Shown here: positions 25,844 to 39,510 of the stretch, piece after piece | Position numbering within the stretch: the first letter of the stretch is position 1 | How the letters are laid out: the number at the start of each line of letters is the position of its first letter | NCBI GenBank assembly: GCA_030141605.1 | Contig: JAQGDQ010000305.1 | Location: 218,563-282,562, forward strand | Reading direction: 5' to 3' | Source of the DNA: Tubiluchus corallicola | Taxonomy: Eukaryota; Animalia; Priapulida | Length of the DNA: 64,000 bases | Made by a program: the position numbers and the translations under genes | Notes under the pieces: generated by a model | What the model saw: only the letters and a program-made list of their open reading frames with translations | Told to the model about the DNA's origin: nothing | The model's database searches: none

Positions 25844-27637
25844 GTATTTATGCAGATTTGTCAGTTTATAGCTGCATCTACTTCTGCACTTCTGCAAATT
25901 CTGAAAGAATAGTAAACATTTTGTGGCTCTTTCATTTATACGAATAGTTTTTATGTCAATATGCTTAAGTAAAAACTCCTAGTTAATTTTTTTTGAAGTT
26001 TTCATTTTTGTTCTTTCTTTTAATTAAAGTTTGTTAAAAGCAATTTAAAAGACATATTAGATTAATTAAAAAGATAGTGTTTCACAATAGCACTGCGTGC
26101 TATTCGTAGGTGAAAGAAAACAGAAACAGCATAAAAAATTATATACCAGTTTTATGGACCGTATACTGTACATAAGTAAGATAATCGGAGGCTACTGGGT
26201 TCAGAAAAGTTTAACTATGTTCAGTGCCAGTGTTTAGTATTATGTATAGTGTATAGTTTTGAGAAAAGTTTTGATAGTTTTTGAGTTGTGAGAAAAGCTC
26301 TGTCAATACGTATGTGTAGCAACAGAGACCAAATTTGTTTAGTTGCACAAACACTCTTAAAACTTTATTACTGACTGCTGTTCCATGTACACTACATTGT
26401 GAATAACTTGACTATACTAGAAAACTCAAACCAGCTAAAATTGGTTAATCTTGAGCAATGCAACAGAAACCAGTCAGGTGAGAAAAATATTACATTTAGG
26501 CACTGTATTATTATCACTGCTTTACTGAAAAGAGTTTTCGAAGTTCATAAAATAAATTCGTGAATCAGTTCACGACAACAGTCTTTCTTTTTCATGTTGA
26601 TTTTGTTAATATAGATAGTTAGTTGTTTAAATGCAATTCCATGTTATTCGTGATTTAAAAGATTTGTGCTTTGCCCATACCACTCATATGAGTTTTTCTT
26701 ATGTAGGTATTTGATGACTGTTGTGATATTGAATTTTTTATCCTATTTTGAAGCTGTTGAAGTTGAGCTATTCTTTACTTTTACAATATTTATGAGTCTA
26801 AACATGTTTCTTTGTGAGCAGTTTTTAAAGTATTTACTGCGTATTTGGTAGAATGTGCAATTATACATATTCTATTCGTTGGTTTAAAGTGACATTCGTT
26901 CACTACAGGGAACATTAATTAAAGGCAAAAGTCAGGACCATGTAGATTACCACCCTCTCGACCCGCTAGCTTACTGGAACTACAAATACCCAGGAGTTCC
27001 ATTTACAGTAACGAACAGTTTGTCGTTTACGCATGCTTGCAGTTTGTTAGCATTTTTATCTGGCATGTGTAAGTTCTACTAACACAAACCACTGATTGAA
27101 GAGCAGAAATGTGCATTCCGACTAAATCACGATGTGGCTAAGTGCCCATCTAAGAGTAATGATGCTACACGTGTGCTGAGCTCTGTGGGTCGGTGACCTC
27201 ACAAGGCTTGTGTGAAAAAATGGCCAAAAGTAGGGTTTAAGTAATGAATAATGACCTAGTACATGCCTGGCGTGCTTCTTTTTGTGAGTACTGGTCAAGC
27301 AGCAGAGTTCTGATGGAAATCTATAAAGATGGTCATTGCAAATAATCCATGCATATGCGCAAAATTCATTGACATTGTACCTCACAGATGTAACTTATCG
27401 AAGGCAAAACGGAAAGCTTAAATGAAATGGTCAAGATGAATCTTCAGTGATAATTTGGACTTTTGTTAATGTACTTGTTTGAATAAACATTTTTTTTGCA
27501 TTCAAAAGAAAAACAGAAATTTTATTTAGCAATAATAAATTGATAGAAATACTCTGGTAGCAATAACTATAATTCAAATTAGTGTTTCTATTAAATAATT
27601 ATTGTTTCTAATGGAAATTTTGAAAATTGGAAATATA

Positions 27638-27857
27638 CTGGATGTTCCAAAAAATGCAATGGAAATACAAAAAAATGTGGCAAAATTAACCTAGTATTCT
27701 GCATTATGACGTCATAATGATGTAAAAATAATATTATATTTTATGCCATTATACCTGTTTTCTTATAGTATAACTTGGTATGACCACACTTATGGACTTT
27801 GTATGGTGTAATATTGGTATGCTTTTATTAGTGAACTATTTCTTTTGGAACACCTTG
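27638..27857. mobile_element. Tc1/mariner-type MITE
   Basis: ta|ctggatgttccaaaa ... ttttggaacaccttg|ta; TA flanks. Confidence 0.6.
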
Positions 27858-28547
27858 TACGTCTCCAAAGTCCATACCTGCTTAATTTACTAATAAAGTA
27901 GGCATGATAGTTTATGCTCATTCGTGCGGCGATTTTTTGTCACATTTTCTCCTCTGATTTATGTTTGTTGTTCTGTAATTGAATCAGCATGTTATGTCAA
28001 AATCTTCTGATTGGCTGCTAAGTAAACTGAGTGCAATATAGATGTACACTTTAATACTTACATTAGTACTGGCTGTTAAGTGAGTTGAGTGCAATGTGAG
28101 TGTACTTTTGTACTAAGATTAGTTTTTTACAAGTGTTTGTTAAGCATTACTCAGTGCAATGTTTACTAGTGTACAAATAATTGCAATTTTCCACATTCTA
28201 AATGTTATTACATCAAAAGGGAAATTGATTCGTTCCATAGCATGAAATTTATTGACCACGTGTCTGCCACATGCATTCTTGTTAGGGTTACTGGCTTTGA
28301 AGTGAAAATCTGTGACCATTTAATAAAGGCAATTATCACAATGCATGGCCAAATGACATGCTTAACTTTAGTCATAAAATCGTTCAAGATTAAGTGGTGA
28401 TGCTGTGCTCTTTATTTACTGTAAGAAATGCATTGTCCTAGCATCTGTCAAGGCTATATTGCTGAAATGTAGAAAAGTTCTTTTCAAAAAACACTGTTAT
28501 TGCAACGATTTTTTGCCTGTAACATAATTTTCTATTCTTTTTGTCAG

Positions 28548-28777
28548 GCAACATTGTGGCGTGGTTCCACAACACCAGGTAGCGTTGGTAACTCGCCATT
28601 CAATGCTAACGGCAACTTAACACCTGGTTCAACGACAACACATAGTATCTCATTCGATGGTAGCTTCGCTAATGGCTTGGACATTTCACTTGCAGTCAGC
28701 CCACCACCGTCCCAGGCAGCATTGGACGGCAATGTTCGATTGAGAAATTTTGTGGAGAAAGCAAGACTTAATGCTGG
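28548..28777 (+). CDS. FERMT2: Kindlin exon (F1 loop)
   Basis: tcag|GCA...GG|gtatg; ...SLAVSPPPSQAALDGNVRLRNFVEKARLNAG. Confidence 0.9.
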
Positions 28778-30313
28778 GTATGCTATTTTGTGCCATGGTG
28801 CATGGTGCCCGTAGTTATTAGGCTACTTGATTGCCTTTTTTATAATTTTTAAAAGTAATGTACTATAGTTGGTTATTGTGAATATAAAGCTTTGTCCAGT
28901 TTTAACTTTCTGCCAGTGATTTCAGTTTCATAAATGATAAGGCATGTGCAAAATGCATTTACAAGATTTAAAGGAAAACCGGACCCAATCTAACCTATAG
29001 GTTAAAGCAGTACCCTTTAAAGTAGTGAAAGGCAACATAATATTTTTTCAAGTTCGACTGTGCGGAAGAATTATTACCACTCAAACGCAATTTTACATTC
29101 GTGCGGCTAGTTCTTTGCTGTTACATACACTTCGCCATACATTAGTTAGGTGAACACTAGCATCTGCATTTCGGAAGTGCATTACGCAAAAAACAGAAAA
29201 ACAGGGGCTGTACTTCTTAATTCAAAGGTGTTCGTTTATGATGTAGTCTCGTTGTAGTGCACACATTAGAGAGTTCATGCGTGAGCACAGTAGTAAATTT
29301 GAAATTTGAATTTTTTTCTTAAAACTTGTTCTGTTTTAGTGTATGTCTATATCTCTTACAGTAGCTCTACTTCAGTTTTCACTTTTGTAAACACATGCAA
29401 CACGCTCATGGAATGTTTTTGCTGTTGAAAATTATTTTCATTAGTGATGTCATCAATAGTAGGGTTCGCCCGCCATTAATTAAGATTTTAATCTATTATT
29501 TAATTATCAGAAACTCTCTTGCAGTATTATTGGTGATAAAATGTATACCTTTTACTGTACTTCAATATGAGGTAAGGAAAAATCATCCTGTTTTGTTTTA
29601 CGGTTGCCAAATGTCATGGTATAAAATGTACACACAAAGAAAATTTAAACGGCAATGTGTCATGGCAGGTTTATTCTCATGGCTAATTGACGGGCTTTGC
29701 ATAGAAGAAACACTCGAAGTGTTACAAGTTGACGCAGAATGCCTATTGCAAGAGCCTAATGCATGCCCTTGTGTGACATTTATCATTGTAATATGATAAA
29801 AAGTATCAACAGAATAAAAAGCTCCCGTAACATGATTGTGCTGAGGGGTCACCTAAATGTTTTTACTCAAAGGCCAAAATGATGTTGCGATGAATCAGAT
29901 TTTTCAATTTAATTAGTTACTTGCAGGAGGAAAATAGCTACAAGGTGTCACGAAATATTTGTGCAGTGCAGAAACCTCAGGAATGTTTTGAACAATTGCA
30001 TAGAATTGCATCATGATAGCTGACATGTTGAAGATTAATAATCTCAAAAAATAAAACTTGATAAAGTATATTAATTATTTTTTATTTTTGTTTTTTTGTT
30101 GCAAATTGTTTTTATCATGTATAAATGAGTAAAGTCATCCCAATTTAAAACAAACTGTACATGTACTAATTAACTTCATAAGTTGCCCATAAATAGCAGT
30201 CATTTTTATTATAATTCACCAAGAGATAAAGCATCTATAAGTCGTCGATTGTTGAACTGTTATTGGAGCGTTGATGCTCATTTGAAAACAAGATGTCATG
30301 CGCATGAATTTAA

Positions 30314-30857
30314 AGGAAAACCGGATGATTGTGTAAACATGAGTTCAGAATAAAGAATGCTCTAAAATATTGAAAACTACAATAGCTTATTTTAAATTAC
30401 AAAGCTTAGATTAAATAATAATTACCTTGGATACTCAAATTTCGTTAAACTTTCAAAGTTACATGTGCAGTGCATCTACTAAGATTGGCAGCGGTGCCTT
30501 TTTGTCACATTCGCGTGGCCAACAAATAGAAGGCGGTACCGTGATAAGCATGATCATTAACTGCAGTGTTAGTTTCTGACTCATATGATGTAAAGCCCGT
30601 TTTTCGTGACATCATGCGTTTAAGTACTGTAACACCTATGCAAATGTGCTTGACGGGCAAGGGAAGACGCCTGCCATTACACAAACTGTGGTTAGTTTCT
30701 GACGTAAGCAATAGCTGTGTTCGGTTGCCGTTAATTAACCTTCTAAGCTAATTATTCAAATATAAGGAACAATTATTAACTTTTATAGGCAATAAAATGT
30801 ATATTTTGGACTGTAAATTAAAATGAGATTGAGTCTAAACAATCGCCCGGTCTTCCT
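30314..30857. mobile_element. Kolobok-like non-autonomous element
   Basis: ttaa|aggaaaaccggatgattgt ... acaatcgcccggtcttcct|ttaa; TTAA flanks and AG...CT termini; a similar left end occurs at 28972. Confidence 0.7.
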
Positions 30858-30910
30858 TTAATATTTTCATATTGTAATTTAAACATAATATTTCCATTTT
30901 CTCATTCAAG

Positions 30911-31013
30911 TTGGTTAGATTCTTCCGTGTCATTAATGGAACAAGGCATTAGAGAAAATGACATTCTACTGCTACGCTTTCGCTTCCTTACATTCTACGA
31001 TATCAATCCCAAG
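30911..31013 (+). CDS. FERMT2: Kindlin exon (F1)
   Basis: caag|T...AAG|gtgag; [34 protein letters not shown]. Confidence 0.95.
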
Positions 31014-31118
31014 GTGAGTCTTATTACTAATACATAGATTTTATTCTAATTAGCCTGGCAGTTTTTATTTAAAACTTGTGTGATAAATCGTTATTATACA
31101 AAGTTCCTTGCAGCATAA

Positions 31119-31898
31119 GTCAGGTGGCACAAAAAAGTGCTGCAGTTTTGATCACGATGTTTTTTAAAAAGAAAATAACGGAATCGCTTGAAAATTACCA
31201 GTCTATGTTAGTGACTTTTATGTATGAACATCAAACAGTTTAGGTCATTCTCTTAGATTTATCTAAAGATTCAGAAGTTTTAAATCAAGTAAAAAATATA
31301 AAAATAAAAACAAATCAACAAAAATGTCTCCATTATTGTTAAAATTACAATAAGTGCTCTATGTGACCACTATTTTTACTGCAAACTAGACGACAGCATT
31401 TCATTGAACAGTTGGCAATTTCTCACTTCTTTAAGGGGTAATTGGTCGAAGCAGTCAACAATTTTGCCCTTATAGTTCCTTTGCATCAAGCAACTTTGTG
31501 TGGCCGTTGTACACTTTCTCTTCATGAGATTTCCAGGCACCATAATACAGAGGACTAAGTCACATCTTTTCTTAATAACAAATCTTCATCATTCTGGGAA
31601 GACCATGATGTAAACTGGTTGATTTCTTTATTGTTTTGCTGCCATGCATTGAGTGCTTTATACACCAGCGTGGCTGTTTTTCAGTTGGTGATTATAGCTG
31701 ATGTTATTCGAGTATTTAATTTTTTAACATACAAAAGTTTTTTAGCCATAACTTAAAAAGTACTAAAACTATAAACTTGTAACTTTTACAGTCAAACGTT
31801 GATGTACTGTAAGATCATATTGTGAAATTTCAACTGTATAGGCCACTTGTTTCTAATATTATTACAGTCTTCGGCACATTGTTTCTGTGCTACCCGAT
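31119..31898. mobile_element. Degenerate Tc1/mariner non-autonomous element
   Basis: caggtggcacaaaaaagtgc vs gcacattgtttctgtgctacccga as imperfect TIRs. Confidence 0.5.
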
Positions 31899-33397
31899 AC
31901 ATAGCATATTTTTTCCAGGTGCACCTTTCTTTGCTGTAATACTGTAAATCTTTGATAAAATTTAATCTGATTTGATTTAGTATTATGTCCACAAGAGCTG
32001 TAGAAACTTTCCATTTGCATGTTTGACTTACTTCTGGGTTCTTTTCATTACCTTAATGGAATAGCAATTTTTTGTCTTTTGCTTTGTCTAATTATGTTGT
32101 AAATACTAATACTAATTGTATACTTCAATTGTGTTCCGTGCATTGAATGTATTGTCCCTATAACCAGACCTTGAATTTCATTCCTGTATCAGTTTTTAGT
32201 GCATTACCCAAAGGTTGTAAAAATAAATATGTTTAAGCTAAGCTAACAAAAAAAAATTATTTTTACCAAGTGCTGGAAGATATGAGATGGATTTGCTAAG
32301 CTTACCATGAATTAAAAAATCCAACATTTCTCATAAAAATGACTGTATGGACTGACTTCTAACGCATTGTAATGGAGCTGTTACTTAGTAAGGTCCTAAG
32401 CTGTGAATTTAGGTATTACGACTGTGTATCTTGTTGTTCTAGCAGAATGCATCAATTATTCTATCATCTACTAGCCCTCGTTGGTGGTCATTATACATAC
32501 TCTGTGGTTTTTACGAACATCAATATTTTGCTCTTGGCAGTCTTTAATGTTTTGAGCTGTTCATTAGTAAATGTGAAACACGCTTAACATACCGAGTTTC
32601 CCAACAGGTCCATGTATTCCTAACTACTACCAGCAGTCTAACTGATTACAGGGTCATACAAGGTACCACTCCATGTCCGTTGCTGTTCCATGAACTTGTT
32701 TTTCATAGCACTAATGAGTGTGATTTTAAGGCAGCAGGCTATCATTAAATATCCACTACAAACTAACGACCCTAAACCAGATGTTTCTACGTAAAATGTG
32801 TTTGTCCTTTGAGCACTTGATGTATGACTCAGAAACCTTAAGAAACAGCGTGGCTTTTACGCTGTGAGAAAGTTTGCCCTGATTCTTGGTACTTAACTTG
32901 TAAAAAGTTTACGAAGTTGTAATTTTAGTTTCCCCAAAAACTGACTTGCACATCACGACTAGATATTATTAGCCCTGTGCTGCCATCTAATGAGTAACGA
33001 ATGAAATCATTTGTTTTGACAATTGCCATAATATTATTGTAAAATTAAAAAAATAACCGTGCGGATACTTACTAACTGACTGAATGATTTGCCAGATGGA
33101 AAGACATAAAGCGACATACTACTTTTTAAGACTGCATCTTTCATACTGTTCACTTTAGCAAAGCTAATGTAAGTTTCTTAAGTTTCTAATGTATAAAAAT
33201 GTGACACAGAAATATTCAGTTAGTGGTGTCTACTCAATTACCTACATTGATAATGGTAGAGTGATAACTGTATTTATAAGAATCAAGCAGAGATGTGATT
33301 AATCAGTTTACCTTGTCTGTTTTTTGGGAGCGGTAGTTATGAAACATCTTGAGGTGAGTTAGCTAGCCTTTAAATCTTTTTTCATCTCCCTCATTTA

Positions 33398-33625
33398 GTC
33401 ACCTTTGAGTCGTAAGTCAAGATCACATTTGAATCAGAGGCCAAGGTTATGTGTGAATCAGTGGTAAAGCTAACATTTAAGTCTGAGCCAAAGATGACAT
33501 TCAGATCAGAGGTTAAAGTCACATTTAATTCAGGGCAAAATATCACATTTAAATCAGAGATCAAAGTCACATTTAAGTCATGGGACAAGGTCAAGAGTTA
33601 GAGGTCAATATCAAGATCACATTTC
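33398..33625. repeat. 24-bp minisatellite, 8 indel-free units plus a partial copy
   Basis: Consensus approximately RTCACATTTAARTCAGAGNYCAAR. Confidence 0.85.
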
Positions 33626-33771
33626 TTAATGAATTTTTTGCATTACTATTTACAAGAAATAGTACTAAGGTGCCCTATGTTAGACCTTAATGAGAGCTTT
33701 TTGGTTAAAGACTTTCATCAGTTTCATCTAGCTGATATTTACTTTTGTTACAACTGATATTATTCTTTCAG

Positions 33772-33879
33772 TATGATGCAATTCGCATTAATCAAATCTA
33801 CAATCAAGCCAAGTGGGCATTGCTTAATGAAGAAATAGACTGTACAGAGGAAGAAATGCTGATGTTTGCAGCTTTGCAG
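33772..33879 (+). CDS. FERMT2: Kindlin exon (F2)
   Basis: tttcag|TAT...CAG|gtttg; [36 protein letters not shown]. Confidence 0.96.
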
Positions 33880-34569
33880 GTTTGTTTTCTTTATCTTTTC
33901 TTCGTCATTATGTTGGTGGTTGTGGCAAGACTGGAATTTCTCTTTTTGAAAAACGAGAACTCACATACTACTTTTGAGATGAAAAACTCAACTGGCACAG
34001 GTTTATTAGTCGCATTCAGTTTTATATACATGTAAACATAGACAGTAAAGCAAATAAAGGCATGCAGAAAGTTTTTTAGGCATTCTTTAATCCATTTACT
34101 AACCAGGTCCAGTTGATATTAATTTCGATCAGTAAGTGCACATGACGACGAATCACTATTTCCTTCGCTATGGTTGAGTATGTGCTTGAAGTTCGGTTTA
34201 CCTTTTTTCTTAATATATATATAATAATAAATTTATTTGGAAATGCAAGTGCAATATCTAGAGACAGTTGAGAAAAATAGCATTAATAATGATGATTTAA
34301 TTTTGATATGACAGCATGCATATAATAAATGCCAGGAACCAGAAGTAAAACGTGTTACGTGCTTGCACCTTTGTAAACACGTCCAAATAATAATTGAAAA
34401 AAAGAACAAAAAAAAGTTGTGCAAAGCAAGGATAGAAGTGATGGATAAAAGAATGTTCAAAAGGATAGGAAGAGTGGCTTGTGAAGATTCAGCTCATGAG
34501 ATGATGAAGCACTCTGGATTCTACTCAAAGAGAACACACGGTTATGACTGTTGTCTATCACACAGGAAT

Positions 34570-35150
34570 TTAGGTTGTTACCGAGACTAATTTATATAAG
34601 AAGCAAACCAGATATCGTTTAACTGCCGTTTTAAAGCGGTAAATGTTACACTGGCACTTTACATTGGTTGGTAGTGAGTTCCAAGGTTTAGGTCCACTAT
34701 AGCTAATGAAATGTTTTGCAATAACTGAGTTGGTAATCATCATAGCGAGTATTATGTGATTTGACATTCTTAATTACAGGATTCTTGAAGTATGTAGGGA
34801 ATAGATCATTGTTAGTCTTATAAACAAAAATGGCGGTGTTATGGCAGAATTATTAATATTCTACACTCACTATAGCATGATTTAGTAACTGAACTGAATT
34901 TGGAGAGTCTGTACAGAGCGCATATAAATTTACGTTGCAAACTGTGAAGTGGATTTATGTTGGTCTTGTAAGTACTACCGCAAAGTATATTTATATAGGA
35001 AAAGTATGGTAAGACTAATGTGTTATATAAAGTTATTAAGTGAAATTGAGTTAAGGAGTTTTGAATGTTAGTTATTATACCTATATTTTTAGCTATTTTA
35101 AGTCTGATCATCATTTTACTCTAGCATATGGTTCAATGCTAATTTTTTAC
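34570..35150 (-). mobile_element. L2/CR1-group LINE RT 3' remnant
   Basis: KIAKNIGII...LITLYNTLVLPYFSY.NI.CGSTYKTN...LQRK and ISYSGPKPWNSLP...FKTAVKRYL. Confidence 0.8.
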
Positions 35151-36454
35151 TGCGATTGGCATTAGTAGATTTCCTTTTTTAGTGCCCTTTATGAAATTGC
35201 AGGGCTGTCCTGTAAGCAAATTTAGAAAACATGAAATTTCAAGAAAGCATTTTTAGGTTCACACTTGGGTCAAGCAAAGACTTTTCTTTTCAATGCAGAG
35301 CTACTACCAAAATGCAAAAGCTAGCATCTCTGCTGGGTGGAGGATACATGATAACTGAATAATAATTTGATAACCGGCCTACATTAATCAGTTAATTAAC
35401 GAATTACAATTCATTAGTGTATGCATAATTCTATATAGGGATAAACTCCACCGTCTTGGAGTTTGTGTTGCTTATTGCATTATCAAAAGCACCGAGAAGG
35501 ATGTTTAATTGTTTATCATAAAGAGATACAAGAAATAATGTAGCATTTTTAACATGCTTGTTGGCTTATTCTTCTCAAGATTTACTATTCACTTGAAGCT
35601 TTTACTTTTAAGACTTAGGAGCACATTTTCATGGAAACCATCTTTACTAGCACATTGTCAATCTTAACTTTTTTCTTTATGATCTACATATGGGAGGACA
35701 TATGGGAGAAGATCTTTCCACTTTTGCAAGTCTTCTCTAGTAAATGATTATTCTCAAATGCTACTGTTTAGATAATTAACATTTATCGAAGAAAATCTGG
35801 CCACGAGTTTCAGGTTGCTTTGGCAAACATAGAAGTTTACTCCTGTGCGTTATAAAGTGAAAAGAACCTAGAAGTTTTAGTTCATTTTCAGTAAATATAA
35901 AACACATCAGCTTAGCATCAGACTGCTGTTCCAGGCTTTGTTTGGAAATATATCTCTTCGATAAAGCCTTTTTATTTAAACTTCATGTAAGTTGTAAGGT
36001 TTGACTGCCCAAGTTTTAGAGTTTTCGGAACGAGTGCTCAAAAGGTGTTGGGACTTTAAAACCATTCGAGTATGAAAGAGTAGTCAAAGATCCTGTCCAA
36101 TTTATGAGAGGATATTTTGCTTTTTGGACCTTTTTGAAGAAGTTCTGTAGAATGCCACTATGACACAATGACTAGTAGCAAATGCTGAATGAGCCAAACT
36201 TGTATAGTGATAGTTTTCCATGAAATCTGCTTCAAAAAGATGAGTATATTTGCGTCATCTCCTTTTTCACTTAGTATTGCACAACAAATTTTTTCCAACA
36301 AATTTGAAAGTTGGCATTTATTTAATCTGGAAACAAGTGTAGAGGATAACTGGAAAATCTGTAGATTGGAATAAAATTGTCATTTTCAATGCCACTGTGG
36401 CTATTTGCTTATCGAGAATGTGTCACTCTTCATTATATTAATTTTTCTTTACAG

Positions 36455-36639
36455 CTGCAAGTGCAGTTACAGTCCAATGTCCCTCAACCAGATTTAAATC
36501 CATCTGGGACCAAGGAAACCGATGACATTGATGCCGCATTGAACGACCTTCAAATGACCCTGGAAGGCACAGCAGTCAATAGAAGGCCCGGAGATATTAC
36601 AAGTGTGCCAGAGTTGGCAGACTATCTACGATTTATGAA
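36455..36639 (+). CDS. FERMT2: Kindlin exon (F2)
   Basis: acag|CTG...AA|gtaagt; ...DDIDAALNDLQMTLEG...DITSVPELADYLRFMK. Confidence 0.95.
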
Positions 36640-37295
36640 GTAAGTATGTGTAATAAGACTGAGATGGTTAACCATTTAAACATTTAACCAACTGCTAGCT
36701 GCTTAGAAAATCACTAACTGTTTAAACGTTATACATTACTTAGCCAAGTTTTCTATGTATCTGTATTAATGAAACTTTGTATCTTTTCTTAGTCGGCATA
36801 CTCAGTTAGCAATGTCCCGCTTACATAAAATTGTACTATTTACAGCATTGTTCCAATTAATCTGGTTGTCTAAGGAGTATCTAAATGGTAAATTGCAAAA
36901 AGTTTTTCGCTCGCGTATGGTACGAGGATGCCGCCATGTTGGACATTCTTGCTGTCCCATGCTAGATTTGAACCGCACAGCTTACTCATGCAAGGAGTGA
37001 ATGAACTATTAATTTAAAAAAAAATAAAGATGCAAAAGAAAGCAGAAGAAATAAAACATATTTCACTAAAATGTATGCGGTTAGTATTTCGATATTTTTC
37101 ACACAAAATTCTGCAAGGAGTTCAACTCTGTTGTGCATTAATATTCTAGTTCGCCCGCGATTTGTGAGCAAACATGGCATAATTCAGAAGTGGTAATTAC
37201 CTCGCAGATATTTCTTTATAAATTGAATTTTGTTGTTCAAATACTTCTTCAAACATTCAAAAGGGTTCATAATTTATTCACGTACTGAAGAAATA

Positions 37296-38245
37296 CAGTA
37301 GGCGCCGCTTAACAGACTCAATCGCTTAATTGACTCAAAAACGCCTGGTACGGGCCGCTTCTATTCAAATTTACATAAAAACTGTCGGTAATTGACTCAA
37401 ATAACTTCGCATAATTGACTCAATATTTTTGCTTCACATGCTTCAATAAGACACTTTTGTGTGACTAATAAGCTATTATGGTTTTTATATCATCTTAGTT
37501 CGCTTTTGTCCTATAATATACATAGAAACAATCATGTTAAGTACCGTTTTGTTTGTAAGCAGGAACGTTTGTCCTTTGCTAATATGCTAGTCTAATGGTT
37601 TGCTTTGAACCGCCCGTCTACTGCAATTAACCTCGTTACCCAAGAATTCCTGAAAGCTAAACATTTAATCACTTGCTTAGCCCTTTGCTTTTGAAGTTCT
37701 GGCTGTCTTTGCCAGAAAGTTTAATCAGTTAGATGTTGCTGTTATGCCAGGGATGCAGGTACAGTACAGTAAGTGTATCACAATTATAGCAAGCGGGAGT
37801 TTAGGCGAAACTACAGACGAAGCTACTTGCGGGGAAACACAGGCACCACCAACAGTTTAAGGCACGCCAAGTACTAAGTATTGTACGAGAATTTGTGCAT
37901 CATGTAACAACAGATTTTCAACGTTTTTATCATTATGAGAACTTTGTGAGCCAACTTCGTCCCGATAAAATGAAGCAGTCGACTTTGAAGGAATTTTTGT
38001 AATTTTTGCAATTAAACAGACTTGTGTGATTTGGAAAAGTATACATTTTTAATTTTTAACTGCACACAGGAATTTAAGCATTACTTCGTTTCTAACATTT
38101 ATTAAAAACCTTTGCAGTGCATAGTAAGCTGATGACTCACTCTTCTATATCAGTAATATTACACTCATCGGTTAATAGGTTCAGTCGGTTAATTTGGGCC
38201 AAAACACTTCGGTCACATAGTGAGTCTATTAAGCGGTGTCTACTG
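37296..38245 (+). mobile_element. pogo/Tigger-type internally deleted DNA transposon
   Basis: ta|cagtaggcgccgcttaacagactca ... tgagtctattaagcggtgtctactg|ta; internal MKQSTLKEFL* resembles pogo/Tigger transposase C-termini. Confidence 0.8.
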
Positions 38246-38665
38246 TACTAAGTTGAGTGAATTTCTATGATTTTATAATGGGTTTAGAGTTCGGTAATTT
38301 CTTGATATTATTTCTTCATGTGTATTCGATATTCTGTTATATGTATGACGTCATCGGGAATGGTTAAACGGTTAACCAACCGCAATTAATAACGTTTAAA
38401 TGGTTAGTTAAAAATCGTAATCATCTCAGTCCTAATGCATGTTTTTTGGACCTGCTTTCTATGTCAGGATATTGATATTTCATGAGAGTAACTGCATTAG
38501 CGGTTTGTGTTAACAATTTAGAAAATTTTGTTCTTATTTCTGCACCATTGTGGTTTGTGTGAAATACTATTCTTTCCTGTATTGCTGAAAAGTGTTTACG
38601 CATGTTTTTTGCTTCTGATTTTGTTTGGGCATATGAAGGATTAGGACAGAGTGAAGTCTTAAGGA

Positions 38666-38978
38666 AGGCTTAGGTCGACTTGACGACATGACACAACTGA
38701 TGACTCGGCAACTGGCTGCAACTAGACGTTAGTGCCGAGTATATCCATTCGACATAAACATGCTTACGACAGCATTGTTTGACGAGGATTTTGGTCTGGT
38801 CAAAGATTTTTTTATTCGCCTACGCTCAGTCTTCATCGACCTGAGCAGTGTTGCAACTCGCGGGAACTCATAGCTTCCTAGTTGTTGGAAATCAGTCGCA
38901 GTCGACCTGAGCGTGTGTCTACGGCTATTTCCTATCATTTGAGGCGAGTTGTGTCGCATCGCAGAATGACCTAAGCTT
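38666..38978. mobile_element. MITE with imperfect 32-33-bp TIRs (Harbinger-like)
   Basis: aggcttaggtcgacttgacgacatgacacaact vs reverse complement of the right end aagcttaggtcattctgcgatgcgacacaact; internal tcgacctgagc repeats. Confidence 0.65.
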
Positions 38979-39388
38979 GGCTTTAGCTCAATAGGCATGG
39001 TTCTTTTCAACTGGAATTGAAGACATTGCTAATGTAACTAACACACACATTCCTCATATCAAATCCTACCAGATATCTGTTAAATTCAGTGTGGCCTTTC
39101 TTATTTTAGTTATTACTGTTTTGATGTTAGAGCAAGGTTAGAAATTTATTATTAAATAACGCAGATAAAGTTATAGTACCCTAGCATATCTCGACAAAAT
39201 TTTGATGACTTTTGCAAAAACTATGCTGAACTTCTGGAACATTGTTTTTTGGAGGTTTTAGTTTGTGTTTAATTTTGCAAACCGTTTCTATTTAAATATT
39301 ATTTTAGATGGAATTGATTTTTTTATGTTTAGAGTGTTCGTGAGATATGTAGTACTAAATTTTTGATTAGTTTTTGTTGATATTTCAG

Positions 39389-39510
39389 GCCAAAGAGAAT
39401 GACATTTAAGTCTTTCAAGCCATACTGGTTTTATTTCAAGGACACTACTCTTATTCAATATAAAAGCAGAGAGGATGCTGTCGAGCCACTAATGACTGCT
39501 AATCTTAAAG
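39389..39510 (+). CDS. FERMT2: Kindlin exon (PH domain)
   Basis: tttcag|G...G|gttta; PKRMTFKSFKPYWFYFKDTTLIQYKSREDAVEPLMTANLK. Confidence 0.94.
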
